Positions 13,600 through 24,354 of a stretch of DNA of 64,000 nucleotides are shown piece by piece. A program made the translations under genes and the position numbers. The notes beneath the pieces are model-generated. The model saw only the letters and a list, made by a program, of their open reading frames with translations. It was not told the DNA's origin and did not search any database. The number at the start of each line of letters is the position of its first letter. Position 1 is the stretch's first letter. This DNA comes from an uncultured cyanobacterium (lineage in GTDB: Bacteria; Cyanobacteriota; Cyanobacteriia; Cyanobacteriales; CAWUOF01), in NCBI GenBank assembly GCA_963744145.1, contig CAVUSO010000001.1, positions 4,480,001 to 4,544,000 of the forward strand. The letters run 5' to 3'.

Positions 13600-13776
13600 T
13601 CAATCTACCGGAGGAATTGCCAAATCTGTACCTGGATAAAGTTCGTCTGGATTCGTCCCGATCGCCTCACGATTCGCTTCATAAATCTGGCTCCATTTAT
13701 TACCATCACCATATAAATTTTCAGCAATCGACCATAAGGAATCGCCTTCTTGGACTGTATAGATTTGTTCGGTCAT
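13600..13776 (-). CDS. 58-aa stand-alone LysM-domain protein (absent from the ORF track)
   Basis: MTEQIYTVQEGDSLWSIAENLYGDGNKWSQIYEANREAIGTNPDELYPGTDLAIPPVD*, with AGGAG upstream. Confidence 0.85.
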   Translation of the reverse strand: MTEQIYTVQEGDSLWSIAENLYGDGNKWSQIYEANREAIGTNPDELYPGTDLAIPPVD

Positions 13777-13931
13777 AAAGCTCCTGGTTAAATTTTTTGG
13801 GTAGGATCAGAGAAACTAATTTCCTTAGCTAGTAGGAAATATCTATATTACAACCTAAATCTAGCTAGATGTCTAGAGGAGCCAAAATTATCTAAGCCCC
13901 GCTAAGACAACGCACAAAACTAATCAATCAT

Positions 13932-14477
13932 TTAGCGGCAGTTTAAGGTATCATGGGTTTTTCGTTTGGTCTGGGGATTAGTTCCTTGGGCAATTTGACA
14001 CAGCATTGCTTGAGCATCCTCTCGCAATAAAATATCGGTAAAATCAGCCCCATCAATCACGACCCCTTTAAATTTAGTATTAAAGGCAAAAGCGCCTTCT
14101 AAAATAGCATTAGTTAAATTAGCTTGGGTAAAATTAGCTGTATCTAGGGTAGCTTCTCGCAAATTCGCCCCCTCAAAATTGGCAGATTTCAGATTAGCAC
14201 CAAAAAAACTAACTCCCTGTAAATTTGCATTACTGAAATTACTATTGCGTAGATTAGCTTTAGTAAAGCTAGAATCAGTTAAATCACGACCCGAAAAATC
14301 TTGATTGGTCAGAGTTTGCTGATTATAGTCTGCTGCTAGAATTCCAGTCGCGATCGCTCCCCAGCTCATACTGAAAACTACTAACCCTAACATTAAACTA
14401 AATGCAACCGTCGCCAGCCGCTGGCAAAGTTTACAATTCATCATGATTGACCTTCCATGCTCAGTAATACTTCCCAT
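13932..14477 (-). CDS. Pentapeptide repeat protein with signal peptide
   Basis: A(N/D)(L/F)xx repeats and a hydrophobic N-terminus; start codon uncertain. Confidence 0.85.
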   Translation of the reverse strand: MGSITEHGRSIMMNCKLCQRLATVAFSLMLGLVVFSMSWGAIATGILAADYNQQTLTNQDFSGRDLTDSSFTKANLRNSNFSNANLQGVSFFGANLKSANFEGANLREATLDTANFTQANLTNAILEGAFAFNTKFKGVVIDGADFTDILLREDAQAMLCQIAQGTNPQTKRKTHDTLNCR

Positions 14478-14933
14478 TATCCCGATCTTGGTACATTAGG
14501 AGAAGAATTAGTTGCCCAATGGTTACAGACCGAAGGTTGGGTCATTCTCTATCGTCGTTGGTCTTGTCGTTGGGGTGAATTAGATCTAATTGCCCGTTCT
14601 TTGACTAATCAATTAATTTTTGTCGAAGTCAAAACCCGTAGTCGGGGAAATTGGGACGCAGATGGTCTATTGGCAATTACCGCAAAAAAACAAGCAAAAT
14701 TGTGGAAAACGGCGGAATTTTTTTTACTTAAACACCCACATTTAGCCAATTTATCTTGTCGCTTTGATGTTGCTTTAGTTTGCTCTCAAAGCTTACCAAA
14801 AAAACACCTTCCTACCGAGCATCCGTCACCAGAACACCTACCTTCCTCCATCAAATTGGGTCAAGCGATCGCGATCTATGGCTATCGACTCATGCTGAAA
14901 CAATATATTCCGTCAGCTTTTGAGCATAGTTGA
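14457..14933 (+). CDS. YraN family protein (UPF0102)
   Basis: Motifs GELDLIA, FVEVKTR and CRFDVA. Confidence 0.88.
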   Translation: MLSNTSHYPDLGTLGEELVAQWLQTEGWVILYRRWSCRWGELDLIARSLTNQLIFVEVKTRSRGNWDADGLLAITAKKQAKLWKTAEFFLLKHPHLANLSCRFDVALVCSQSLPKKHLPTEHPSPEHLPSSIKLGQAIAIYGYRLMLKQYIPSAFEHS

Positions 14934-15042
14934 ACTTAGATGCGATCGCTGTTTTACATCAGTAGGGTCATCCCCATATGCCCCTGCTATTTTCAGGAAC
15001 TTGACATATAGCTGATCGGAATAGCTATAGGAGCAGATTGGG

Positions 15043-15432
15043 TTAAGTAAGAGTTTCGGGACAGTAGCCTAACCCTTTGACAAAATGTTGTCGAAATGAT
15101 TCAATTTCAGTGCGATCGGGCATACCATGAGAAACAACAGCAACTTGATAGCGACGCATAACTTCAATGGTGGATTGTCCAATCTCCAGACTCCACAGAG
15201 CCATTTGGACCCGGACTTCTGGATGATAGGGAATTCCTAACTCATTTAGAAAAGCGCGAAAATCTCCTTTTTGTTGAGGAGTAATGGAATGACTCAATTT
15301 GACTCTGACGATCCAACCATCAATTTGATGGATCAGAGTCACAAAAGAAACTTGGAGCTGGCGATTAGCACGCAGATACTCAACTATTCTTAAAGTTAGG
15401 CTAGCATTAGACAAAAAATACAGGTATTGCAT
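15043..15432 (-). CDS. Conserved cyanobacterial hypothetical protein
   Basis: MQYLYFLSNASLTLR...GLGYCPETL resembles a conserved cyanobacterial protein. Confidence 0.65.
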   Translation of the reverse strand: MQYLYFLSNASLTLRIVEYLRANRQLQVSFVTLIHQIDGWIVRVKLSHSITPQQKGDFRAFLNELGIPYHPEVRVQMALWSLEIGQSTIEVMRRYQVAVVSHGMPDRTEIESFRQHFVKGLGYCPETLT

Positions 15433-15648
15433 ATCAGTTCCTTCAGGGCAAGCAGATCCTATAAGTATATAGTTCCCATTCTTTAATAGAACTAAACCTA
15501 TACTCCGCACCGATTAAGGCAAATTTTCTGATTTTAGATTCTCGCAAATTATCGCCTTAACAATCGTGAAAATACATAAATCTAGGATAAACTTTTTATA
15601 CACTTAAATGATCACAATTATTGATTGTAACAAATAATTATTAAATTA

Positions 15649-16821
15649 ATGATGCAGGTACTATCATCAGCTGATCCAGATGTCCAATCATCTTCTATTT
15701 CTACTCTAGAGCCAGATCACTGTTTGAGTAGTTATGACTATGAACTTCCCACAGCATTAATCGCGCAAAATCCTGCTGTACCTAGGGATACTTCCCGTTT
15801 ATTAGTAGTCAATTCAGCCCAATCAGAATACCAGCACTCAATTTTTCGTCATCTTCCGGATTTCCTGTCATCAGGAGATTTATTGGTCTTAAATAATACT
15901 CGTGTGATCCCAGCGAGAATGTATGGTCACAAAACCAGTGGTGCGACTGTCGAAGTTTTGCTGTTAGAAGAACAACAGCAAGATATCTGGTTAAGTTTGG
16001 TCAAACCAGGAAAACGTCTACCAGTAGGAGCAGAGATCATCTTTGACCTAATTCCAGAAGTCCAATCACTCTCTTGTGAAGCTAACCTCATTCAAACCAC
16101 CCCAAATAACCAAATTTTTCTCCGTGCTAAGGTAATTGCTCATCACGAACCTACTGGTGGACGTATCCTGGAATTTAGCACTCCCGAAGGATTATCTGTA
16201 CATCAGTTATTAGAAAAATTTGGTTACCTGCCCTTACCCCCTTATATTACTCAGTCAGTTGCTGATCCAGAACAATATCAAACTGTTTATGGCATAAATC
16301 CGGGATCGGTAGCAGCACCAACTGCGGGATTGCATTTTACTAATGAATTACTTCATCGATTGCAAGAACAGGGGATTAATCAAGCTTTTGTCACTCTGAA
16401 TGTGGGGTTAGGTACATTTCGACCGGTGGAAGTTACAGATATTACTACTCATCATATTCATCATGAATGGGTCGAAGTACCAAAAGAAACAGTGACAAAA
16501 ATTCAAGAAACTAAAGCTAAGGGAGGTCGGATTATCGCAGTAGGAACAACTGTAGTGCGTTCTTTAGAAAGTGCTGCGGTTAGTGGAGAATTACAGCCTT
16601 TTTATGGTCAAACCAATTTGTTTATTTATCCCGGTTATCAATGGCAAGTGGTCGAGGGAATGATTACTAATTTTCATCTCCCTAAGTCAAGTCTTTTGAT
16701 GTTAGTTAGTGCTTTAATTGGCAGAGAAAGATTAATGCAATTATATCAAATAGCGATCGCTGAACAATATCGTTTTTATTCTTTTGGTGATGCGATGTTA
16801 ATTATAGGTAATCGGTCATAG
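15649..16821 (+). CDS. queA: S-adenosylmethionine:tRNA ribosyltransferase-isomerase
   Basis: Motifs NNTRVIPAR, PLPPYI, GSVAAPTAGLHF and YRFYSFGDAM. Confidence 0.95.
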   Translation: MMQVLSSADPDVQSSSISTLEPDHCLSSYDYELPTALIAQNPAVPRDTSRLLVVNSAQSEYQHSIFRHLPDFLSSGDLLVLNNTRVIPARMYGHKTSGATVEVLLLEEQQQDIWLSLVKPGKRLPVGAEIIFDLIPEVQSLSCEANLIQTTPNNQIFLRAKVIAHHEPTGGRILEFSTPEGLSVHQLLEKFGYLPLPPYITQSVADPEQYQTVYGINPGSVAAPTAGLHFTNELLHRLQEQGINQAFVTLNVGLGTFRPVEVTDITTHHIHHEWVEVPKETVTKIQETKAKGGRIIAVGTTVVRSLESAAVSGELQPFYGQTNLFIYPGYQWQVVEGMITNFHLPKSSLLMLVSALIGRERLMQLYQIAIAEQYRFYSFGDAMLIIGNRS

Positions 16822-16888
16822 ATTAAGTAGTTGGACATAGCATGGAAATAATTAGTTTAGGTATTGAAAAGCCAAGAATTTTAAATAT

Positions 16889-17449
16889 ATGACAAACGTA
16901 CTTCCCCACGCGCTTACCCTAGAAGCATTCCTAAAATTGCCAGAGACTCAACCTGCTAGTGAATTTATTAACGGACAGATTTGCCAAAAATCTATGCCCC
17001 AAGGGAAACATTCGCGTTTACAACTCAAGTTTTGTAACGCTGTCAATCTGATCGCAGAAACTAACAAAATTGCCCTAGCATTTCCCGAATTGCGTTGTAC
17101 TTTTGGTGGAGGTTCTATTGTACCTGATGCTACAGTCTTTGCTTGGGATAGAATCACTTTTGAAGCAGATGGTGAAGTACCTAACACTTTTGAAATTTAT
17201 CCCGACTGGACAGTAGAAATTCTCTCTCCTGACCAGAAAGCAACTAAAGTTATTAGTAATATCTTGCACTGTCTTAAGTATGGAACTCAGCTTGGATGGT
17301 TGATTGATCCAGATGAGCGGTTGATTTTAGGATTTATTCCTGGACAAGAACCAATTGAGTTATTGGGCAAAGATCGTCTACCTGTTCCCAATTTTTTAAC
17401 ATTAAATTTGACGGTTGAGAATGTTTTTGGATGGCTGAAAGTAGTTTAA
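16889..17449 (+). CDS. Uma2-family (DUF820) endonuclease
   Basis: Motifs PQGKHSRLQ, PELRCTF and PDWTVEILSP. Confidence 0.88.
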   Translation: MTNVLPHALTLEAFLKLPETQPASEFINGQICQKSMPQGKHSRLQLKFCNAVNLIAETNKIALAFPELRCTFGGGSIVPDATVFAWDRITFEADGEVPNTFEIYPDWTVEILSPDQKATKVISNILHCLKYGTQLGWLIDPDERLILGFIPGQEPIELLGKDRLPVPNFLTLNLTVENVFGWLKVV

Positions 17450-17470
17450 ATAACTGGAGACTCCTGATCT

Positions 17471-18325
17471 ATGACAAATTCCACAGCGACCTTACTAATT
17501 TCTTGTCCCGACCAACGTGGATTGGTAGCGAAATTTGCTAACTTCATCTATACTAACGGTGGTAACATTATTCATGCAGACCAGCATACAGATTTTACAG
17601 CTAAATTGTTTCTTACGCGCATAGAATGGCAACTAGATGGTTTTAGTTTACCTCGCGATCTAATTAGTCCAGCATTTAATGCTATTAGTCAACCTTTAGG
17701 AGCTAAATGGGAATTGTATTTTTCTGATAGTATTCCCCGCATAGCTATTTGGGTAAGTCGTCAGGATCATTGTCTGTTTGATTTGATTTGGCGATACCGA
17801 GCACAGGAGTTTAAATGCGAAATTCCTCTGATCATGAGCAACCATCCCGATTTAAAAATTGTGGCGGAGCAATTTAATATCGATTATCACTATATCCCAA
17901 TTACGAAAGAAAATAAACTCCAGCAGGAAGACAAGCAATTAAAAATCCTACAAGAATATCAAATAGACCTGGTAGTTTTAGCAAAATATATGCAAATTAT
18001 TAGTCCCATGTCGATTCAGCAATTCCCCCAAATTATCAATATACATCATTCATTTTTACCAGCTTTCATCGGTGCTAATCCCTATCATCAAGCCTTTAAT
18101 AGAGGTGTAAAAATCATTGGAGCAACCGCACATTATGCTACTGCTGATTTAGATGGTGGACCGATTATTGAACAGGATGTAATTCGAGTCAGCCATCGGG
18201 ATAAAGTGGAAGATTTGGTCAGAAAAGGTAAGGATTTAGAAAGAGTTGTCTTAGCTAGAGCGGTGCGATCGCATTTGCAAAACCGTGTATTAGTTTACGG
18301 GAATAAGACGATAGTATTTGAGTAA
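17471..18325 (+). CDS. purU: Formyltetrahydrofolate deformylase
   Basis: ACT domain CPDQRGLV and INIHHSFLPAF. Confidence 0.95.
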   Translation: MTNSTATLLISCPDQRGLVAKFANFIYTNGGNIIHADQHTDFTAKLFLTRIEWQLDGFSLPRDLISPAFNAISQPLGAKWELYFSDSIPRIAIWVSRQDHCLFDLIWRYRAQEFKCEIPLIMSNHPDLKIVAEQFNIDYHYIPITKENKLQQEDKQLKILQEYQIDLVVLAKYMQIISPMSIQQFPQIINIHHSFLPAFIGANPYHQAFNRGVKIIGATAHYATADLDGGPIIEQDVIRVSHRDKVEDLVRKGKDLERVVLARAVRSHLQNRVLVYGNKTIVFE

Positions 18326-18387
18326 TCCTCAGAGATTGCTCAACTAAATTTAGTTATCCCAATTCTGGCAATTATAAACAGATAGTC

Positions 18388-18773
18388 TATACAGCCTATT
18401 CCAGGTTTATGAAGTTCATCAAGGTGATCTGTGGGGCAGGGCGGGTTCATTAATACCTCGACTGCGCTCGGCACAAGGGTTATTTGTGTGTGGCAAATTC
18501 AACGGTAACCCTACAGAGATTCACCAAAAAATCGATCAGGATTAGAGGATGACAAGATTAACAGGATTTGTAGGGGCAGGTGAATGAATTTATGCTCACA
18601 ATCAACCGGGATTTGTAGGGGCAGGTTCACCAATCAATTCTGCTCCCAACAGATAACTATCATAAACCTGCCCAACCAACACAGATCACTCACAATCTCG
18701 GACAGGCAAGATGCCTGTCCCACCATTCATGCCAAATCTTACTGTACTTCATCAACAGGTCATCTGCTGTATA
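18388..18773. mobile_element. MITE-like element with nested short repeats
   Basis: Imperfect TIRs tatacagc..tgaagttca / tgtacttcatca..gctgtata. Internal gtaggggcaggt x2, ggacaggcaagatgcctgtcc and cctcgactgcgctcgg units. Confidence 0.65.
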
Positions 18774-18851
18774 TATCATCAGTAGTGCTAATTGATAAAA
18801 TTGGGATAATTAACATGATTAAATTTATTTGAAATCTAATCGGAGTCATCC

Positions 18852-19033
18852 CAATACGGTTCGTTTAAGGATATTTTGGGAGATATCGACGAAAAAGGGT
18901 GAAGCATTCGGGTATAATGTTACCCCCCTTCGACTCCGCCCTTCGACTCCGCTCAGGGAACACTCAGGGTAAAGTTTGAACGTTCAATTATCGCTAAACA
19001 TGCTTCACCCCTACAATTAACCGAACTGTATTG
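18852..19033. mobile_element. 182-bp MITE with a 10-bp target-site duplication (Nezha-like architecture)
   Basis: TIRs caatacggttcgtttaa / ttaaccgaactgtattg, flanked by perfect ggagtcatcc at 18842-18851 and 19034-19043. Confidence 0.88.
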
Positions 19034-19045
19034 GGAGTCATCCTA

Positions 19046-19084
19046 CTCCCCTTTCCTCTTAGGAGAGGGGTTGGGGGAGAGGTC
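19046..19084. repeat. Dispersed cyanobacterial repeat (ctcccct..ggagaggggttgggggagagg); related copies at 62805-62896
   Basis: Near-identical to the reverse complement of 62805-62843. Confidence 0.75.
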
Positions 19085-19109
19085 TTCTGAACCGGATTGA
19101 TTGATCTAA

Positions 19110-20108
19110 TTAACCCGCATTACCGATCGCTAAAGCTGCAACTAACATACCTAACACTAAAAAAGGTTGAGCGCTAGCTTGATATTTAACATCATTTTTG
19201 AGAGGGTCACGTAGGAAATACATATCCTGAAAAATGATTTGGGGGATAATTAACAAAATCAGAATTGCCCCATATAAATTTTGGTGAATACTGATTAAAT
19301 AAGCCGCAATTCCAGATTGAAAAATATCAATCATTCCCACACAAATCCAAGCAGCAGTACCAATTCCAAACATCACTGGTAAAGAATTTAAACCGAGTTG
19401 GCGATCGCCTTCTACACTTTTGAAATCATTAACAATAGCAATCCCTAAACCTGCTAAACTATAGAACAAAGTTAACACAATTATGGTCGGATCTAATTGA
19501 CCAAATAGGGCTTGACCTGCCCACCAAGGTAAGGCAATATAACTAGCACCTAGCGCATAATTACCTAACCAACCATTGCGCTTTAATTTGAGTGGTGGTG
19601 CGGAATAAATGTAAGCGATAAACACTCCAAAAATCGCCACTGCGGTAATCGTCGGAAATTCATGTCCTACCCAAGTATCTAACAGATAAGCTAATCCCAA
19701 TCCTGAGATTAATAAGACTAAAATTTGCGTCACTACTTGGGGAACAGTAATCAATCCAGATGGAATCGGACGGTAAGGTTCATTAATAGCATCTATTTCG
19801 CGATCGTAAAAATCATTTAAGGTTTGAGTATAACCTGCTAATAATGGTCCTGATAACAACATACAGGTAGCAGACATTAACACATTTTCTAAAGTCCAAG
19901 TAAAATTACCTGATGCAGCAGCACCACAAACCACACCCCAAATTAAGGGAATCCAGGTAATCGGTTTCATCAATTGTAGACGAATTTTCCAAATCGATGT
20001 TTCTTTAACATCCGCACCTTTCATACCTAACAATTGTCTAGCTTTAGCACTGCGATTATCAGTGACTTCATTAGGAGTTGAATTGGAAGAAGGAAGAGGA
20101 TTAGACAT
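19110..20108 (-). CDS. chlG: Chlorophyll synthase
   Basis: Motifs LMKPITWIPLIWG, NDFYDREIDAINEPYRPIPSG and NDFKSVEGDR. Confidence 0.96.
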   Translation of the reverse strand: MSNPLPSSNSTPNEVTDNRSAKARQLLGMKGADVKETSIWKIRLQLMKPITWIPLIWGVVCGAAASGNFTWTLENVLMSATCMLLSGPLLAGYTQTLNDFYDREIDAINEPYRPIPSGLITVPQVVTQILVLLISGLGLAYLLDTWVGHEFPTITAVAIFGVFIAYIYSAPPLKLKRNGWLGNYALGASYIALPWWAGQALFGQLDPTIIVLTLFYSLAGLGIAIVNDFKSVEGDRQLGLNSLPVMFGIGTAAWICVGMIDIFQSGIAAYLISIHQNLYGAILILLIIPQIIFQDMYFLRDPLKNDVKYQASAQPFLVLGMLVAALAIGNAG

Positions 20109-20152
20109 AATGATGAATTACTTATTTACTAATTGCCTGATCAAAACCATGA

Positions 20153-21247
20153 CTAAAGTGAAATAATCAGATAACTATTCTGAAATTTAGCTCCCTTAAT
20201 TTGTTGACCCATAAGTGACGCTGGGAGAGAAATATTGCGTCGCTGATCACCAGCTTCCACAGTTAATTCTGGACCATATTGAGTTAATTTCACCTGCTTT
20301 TTATCAAAAGTTGGCAAAAATAAAATTACCTCACGTTCAGCCAGATTAATAGTAATCGGTTTTGGTGCTTGCTCCGTTTTGCTAAAATCTGGTAAAGCTG
20401 CTATTAAAGATTCCCAATTCTGGTCTCTCCAAGTGGGAACAGCACTAACCTGAAGAGGAGTAAACTCAGACTCTAAAGATGTACTGGAATCAGATTGATT
20501 AACAATAACACCAGCAATCGTTAATCCTACCTGTTGAGAACTACCCCACAAATAGCGTGCTGTCGCGATCGCCACCGGATCGGGAGTGGTGACTAAATAA
20601 CCTGCAACTCGTTTAGGATCAGCGATCGCTGTTTTTGCTTGTTCTAGTAACTGATCAAACTGATTACGTGGTTGAGTAAAATTATCACTTGACCAATCAA
20701 CATTTAGAACTACGCTGGTCACAGGTTGAACAAAGGGAGCGAGATTTTTTCCTAGTTCAGACTCACCAAAAACTTGACTAAAGCGACGGATATACCAACT
20801 GAGAATTTCTGCACCACCTAACATCCGCAGGGTTTCTTGACTATGAGCAGCATCGTACACAATTACATCATAATTGCCATCATTTTCATATTGACGAATC
20901 GCATTGATTGCTCCCAGACTATCCATTCCGGGTAAAATCCCCAATTCTTGACCAAAAACCTTTTTAAAAAAGGGGGTTTTGACGTATTGTGCCTCGAATT
21001 TTTTTAATTCTTCCCAAGCACGTTCCAACAGTACCGTTGTCTGCAATTGGACTGTGGTCAAATTTGGACTAATCATTTGTGGATCAGGTCCAACAGTAGT
21101 CCCCAGAATTACCCCGAGAGCTGGACTAGGATCTTGACTAGCAAGTAAAACTCGCTGACCTTGACTAGCAAACAATTTAGCGGTCGCGATCGCCACAGTG
21201 GTTTTGCCAGTACCGCCTTTACCCAAAAAGGTTATATTTAAGACCAT
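20153..21247 (-). CDS. ArsA/Get3-family ATPase with C-terminal HSP20-like domain
   Basis: GKGGTGKTT P-loop and C-terminal ELTVEAGDQRRNI. Confidence 0.88.
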   Translation of the reverse strand: MVLNITFLGKGGTGKTTVAIATAKLFASQGQRVLLASQDPSPALGVILGTTVGPDPQMISPNLTTVQLQTTVLLERAWEELKKFEAQYVKTPFFKKVFGQELGILPGMDSLGAINAIRQYENDGNYDVIVYDAAHSQETLRMLGGAEILSWYIRRFSQVFGESELGKNLAPFVQPVTSVVLNVDWSSDNFTQPRNQFDQLLEQAKTAIADPKRVAGYLVTTPDPVAIATARYLWGSSQQVGLTIAGVIVNQSDSSTSLESEFTPLQVSAVPTWRDQNWESLIAALPDFSKTEQAPKPITINLAEREVILFLPTFDKKQVKLTQYGPELTVEAGDQRRNISLPASLMGQQIKGAKFQNSYLIISL

Positions 21248-21388
21248 GCACTACTTCTCTTGTTTTCCCATTGTGAATATTCGGTTTGGTAGAAATGGGT
21301 GAACTTCACGGATCAGAATTCCGTTACCAGAGCGGTTGACCGGATATCCGTGGTTAGTTCGTCCCATTAGCACTCAGTGATAGCGTTC

Positions 21389-21589
21389 CTAGCGGACTGC
21401 TTCTAGTTCTTCAGCAAAAAACCAGGTGGCAAATTTGTCATCAAATTGAACAACAAAGCCCACTCCACTACCATCAACCATTTTGAAGTCGCGGATCACG
21501 CCAGTTTGACCCTTTCTTTGACGAACAATAACAGATATCTGTCCTGCTCCAGGTTCACGTACTTTTACTTTTTGACCAATTTCCATCAT
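21389..21589 (-). CDS. petP: DUF2862 protein / cytochrome b6f subunit PetP
   Basis: MEIGQKVKV...DGSGVGFVVQFDDKFATWFF; sits upstream of the ArsA-like gene and chlG. Confidence 0.75.
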   Translation of the reverse strand: MMEIGQKVKVREPGAGQISVIVRQRKGQTGVIRDFKMVDGSGVGFVVQFDDKFATWFFAEELEAVR

Positions 21590-21785
21590 TACACCAATTC
21601 ATTTAACCAATCAATAGTTTATCAGTGGTCTGCCTATCCTTATCAATAGACAAGAAAGCAAAAGTCAAAAATATTTGTTTGTAGTAAGGGGTGTCTTCCC
21701 TCAAGTATTGACCATGATTGGGACTCTCATTCCCTACTACAAACGGTCCTGGATGTTTTCACCCCATCCATCTGTCGAAAATATC

Positions 21786-22610
21786 CTAAGTTTCTAAATC
21801 AATTCCTAATGCTTTAGCGCGATCGCGTAACATTTCTATTTGTTTACGTTCTGCTGCTAATTGAGTAAGAACTCGTTCTTTTTCTTGTTGTTCTTGTTGG
21901 AAATTAGCTTCAGCGCGATCGGCGCGAATTTTTTCTTGTTCAGCTCGGAGTTTTTCTTGTTCAGCTTTTTCTGTACCCAATAAGATTAAATTTTTTTCTC
22001 GATCATAAAATCTGATCCAAGTTCCTTCTTCTTGCAAAATTCTTCCTGTCCATTTTCCTAACCATAATCCCAAAGTTTTACACCATAACCATCCTTGATT
22101 GTCTGGAACTAGGTCTTGGTATTTCCGATCTTCTCCTAAAGTCCATCCTTTTAGGGAATTTTCATCAAACGGATCATAGATAATATAATCCTGAGTCCGA
22201 AACGTCTGTTCGTAGATTTTCTTCTTTTCTCCTTTGTCTATTTTCGCAGTAGTCGGAGACATTAATTCCACAATGATATCGGGATAACGTCCTTCTTCTT
22301 CCCACACTACCCATCCTTGACGTTGTTTGTCTCCATCCACATCTAAAACTGCAAAAAAATCTGGTTCGCGAAAATCTTGGGTGCGGACTTGTTTGCTGCT
22401 ATAATACAGAAACATATTTCCACCAGCAAAAAAATCTTTTCTACCTTGATTAGCTTGATAGATAGCTTCAATCAAAGCATTCATAGCAATGCGATGTCGA
22501 TTACTTTCCAAGGGTTCTCCATCATCAAAAATTAAATCAGTAGGAGGTAAGGGTGGTGTCCATTGCGACGCTGCTTCACTTATTTGCTCTGGGATCAGAT
22601 TAGTGGACAT
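21786..22610 (-). CDS. Uma2-family endonuclease with coiled-coil tail
   Basis: Motifs DDGEPLES, PDFF, WVVWEE and PDIIVELMSP; AEQEK repeats. Confidence 0.88.
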   Translation of the reverse strand: MSTNLIPEQISEAASQWTPPLPPTDLIFDDGEPLESNRHRIAMNALIEAIYQANQGRKDFFAGGNMFLYYSSKQVRTQDFREPDFFAVLDVDGDKQRQGWVVWEEEGRYPDIIVELMSPTTAKIDKGEKKKIYEQTFRTQDYIIYDPFDENSLKGWTLGEDRKYQDLVPDNQGWLWCKTLGLWLGKWTGRILQEEGTWIRFYDREKNLILLGTEKAEQEKLRAEQEKIRADRAEANFQQEQQEKERVLTQLAAERKQIEMLRDRAKALGIDLET

Positions 22611-22764
22611 AGATCTATCCTTTGGCTCGGATTTCTCTGATTATACATGATTGGGGCTGAGTTTGACTATTTAGGCAACTTGCGATCGCCATCTATTAAT
22701 TAAAAAGACTAAATGCGGTAAAAATTAAGAATTGAATCTTGGTTTTGTTTGTAGGAAACTGACA

Positions 22765-23535
22765 ATGTTAGCTAAACGGATTTTACCTTGTCTAGATGTG
22801 AAAGCTGGACGGGTGGTGAAAGGGGTAAATTTTGTCAATCTTCAGGATGCTGGTGATCCCGTAGAATTGGCTCAAGTTTATAATGATGCTGGTGCTGATG
22901 AATTGGTGTTTCTCGATATTACAGCTACTCACGAGGATCGAGATATTATTATTGATGTGGTTTACCGGACTGCCGAACGGGTGTTTATTCCCATGACTGT
23001 GGGGGGTGGAATTCAAAACTTAGAAACAATTAAAAGATTGTTACGTGCTGGGGCTGATAAAATTAGCATTAATTCCTCCGCAGTTCGTGACCCAGATTTA
23101 ATTAATCGGGCTAGCGATCGCTTTGGAAATCAATGTATTGTGGTCGCGATCGATGCTCGTCGTCGTCTTGATCCACTCCTCCCAGGTTGGGATCTGTATG
23201 TGAGGGGAGGAAGGGAAAATACTGGTAAAGATGCGATCGCTTGGGCTAAAGAAGCCGCCCAACGAGGGGCTGGAGAACTGTTAATTACCAGTATGGATGC
23301 AGATGGAACTCAAGCTGGGTATGACTTAGAACTGACCAGAGCGATCGCCCAAAGTGTAGAAATTCCGGTCATTGCTTCTGGTGGAGCTGGTAATTGTGAT
23401 CATATCTACCAAGCTTTAACCGATGGTAAAGCTGAAGCTGCTCTCCTCGCATCCCTTTTACACTATGGACAGTTAAGCGTTACTGAAATTAAACATTATT
23501 TACGCGATCGCCAAATTCCCGTCCGACTCCTTTAG
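22765..23535 (+). CDS. hisF: Imidazole glycerol phosphate synthase cyclase subunit
   Basis: [12 protein letters not shown] and [10 protein letters not shown]. Confidence 0.96.
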   Translation: MLAKRILPCLDVKAGRVVKGVNFVNLQDAGDPVELAQVYNDAGADELVFLDITATHEDRDIIIDVVYRTAERVFIPMTVGGGIQNLETIKRLLRAGADKISINSSAVRDPDLINRASDRFGNQCIVVAIDARRRLDPLLPGWDLYVRGGRENTGKDAIAWAKEAAQRGAGELLITSMDADGTQAGYDLELTRAIAQSVEIPVIASGGAGNCDHIYQALTDGKAEAALLASLLHYGQLSVTEIKHYLRDRQIPVRLL

Positions 23536-23576
23536 GTGATCTTGTGGGACTGACAGGCAAGATGCCTGTCCTACAA

Positions 23577-23852
23577 TACAAAAAACTCTTGTGGGACAGG
23601 CATCTTGCCTGTCCTATTTATTTTTGCCAGAAATCTATTTCCTTAATCTGAAATAAAGAAATTTTCCTTACAAAAAACTCTTGTGGGACAGGCATCTTGC
23701 CTGTCCTATTTATTTTTGCCAGAAATCTATTTCCTTAATCTGAAATAAAGAAATTTTCCTTACAAAAAACTCTTGTGGGACAGGCATCTTGCCTGTCCTA
23801 TTTATTTTTGCCAGAAATCTATTTCCTTAATCTGAAATAAAGAAATTTTCCT
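23577..23852. repeat. Three perfect tandem 92-bp repeats, each with a gggacaggcatcttgcctgtcc palindrome
   Basis: Units begin at 23577, 23669 and 23761. An inverted partial copy lies at about 23552-23573. Confidence 0.92.
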
Positions 23853-23923
23853 TAAGATTTATCCGATTTTTCCTTACAGCTTGTTACGATATGTAAACGG
23901 ATCACATTAATATAAGTAAATTT

Positions 23924-24265
23924 ATGTTTTTCATTCTCATTATAGTGGTTCCACTGGTAGCCTGGTCTCTACAGTTAATGCACCAAGCTCTCGAAAGTCG
24001 AGAGTTTTCCTTAATGTTAGCGGGCACTTTAGTCGCGACAGCCGCAGCTGCAATGGTAGTTGTATATTTTCTGATGGGAGATTACATGAACTACGTCCAG
24101 CAAATGGCCCAAAATCCCCATTTTATCTATAACTCTTCCCAAACCGGAGCACTGGTCTGGATACCCCAAACTGATGCAGAAATAGAAGCTTGGGCTAATT
24201 GGGATAATCAAGAAATAGCTGTTAGTCAAGAATTTCAGTCGGCTCCCAGCTTAAGAGTCAATTAA
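23924..24265 (+). CDS. Hypothetical membrane protein
   Basis: 113-aa ORF with two hydrophobic segments. Confidence 0.6.
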   Translation: MFFILIIVVPLVAWSLQLMHQALESREFSLMLAGTLVATAAAAMVVVYFLMGDYMNYVQQMAQNPHFIYNSSQTGALVWIPQTDAEIEAWANWDNQEIAVSQEFQSAPSLRVN

Positions 24266-24354
24266 CCGACTAATTAAAAGCAGATAGTGGGAAAATTTTT
24301 TCAAAAACCCCTTGACTAATTCCTAGTAAACCAGAGATAATGAAAGACTGGAAT

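Noticed and set aside
23577..23852. 92-bp repeats as a CRISPR array
   Set aside because: The units are fully identical, with no unique spacers.
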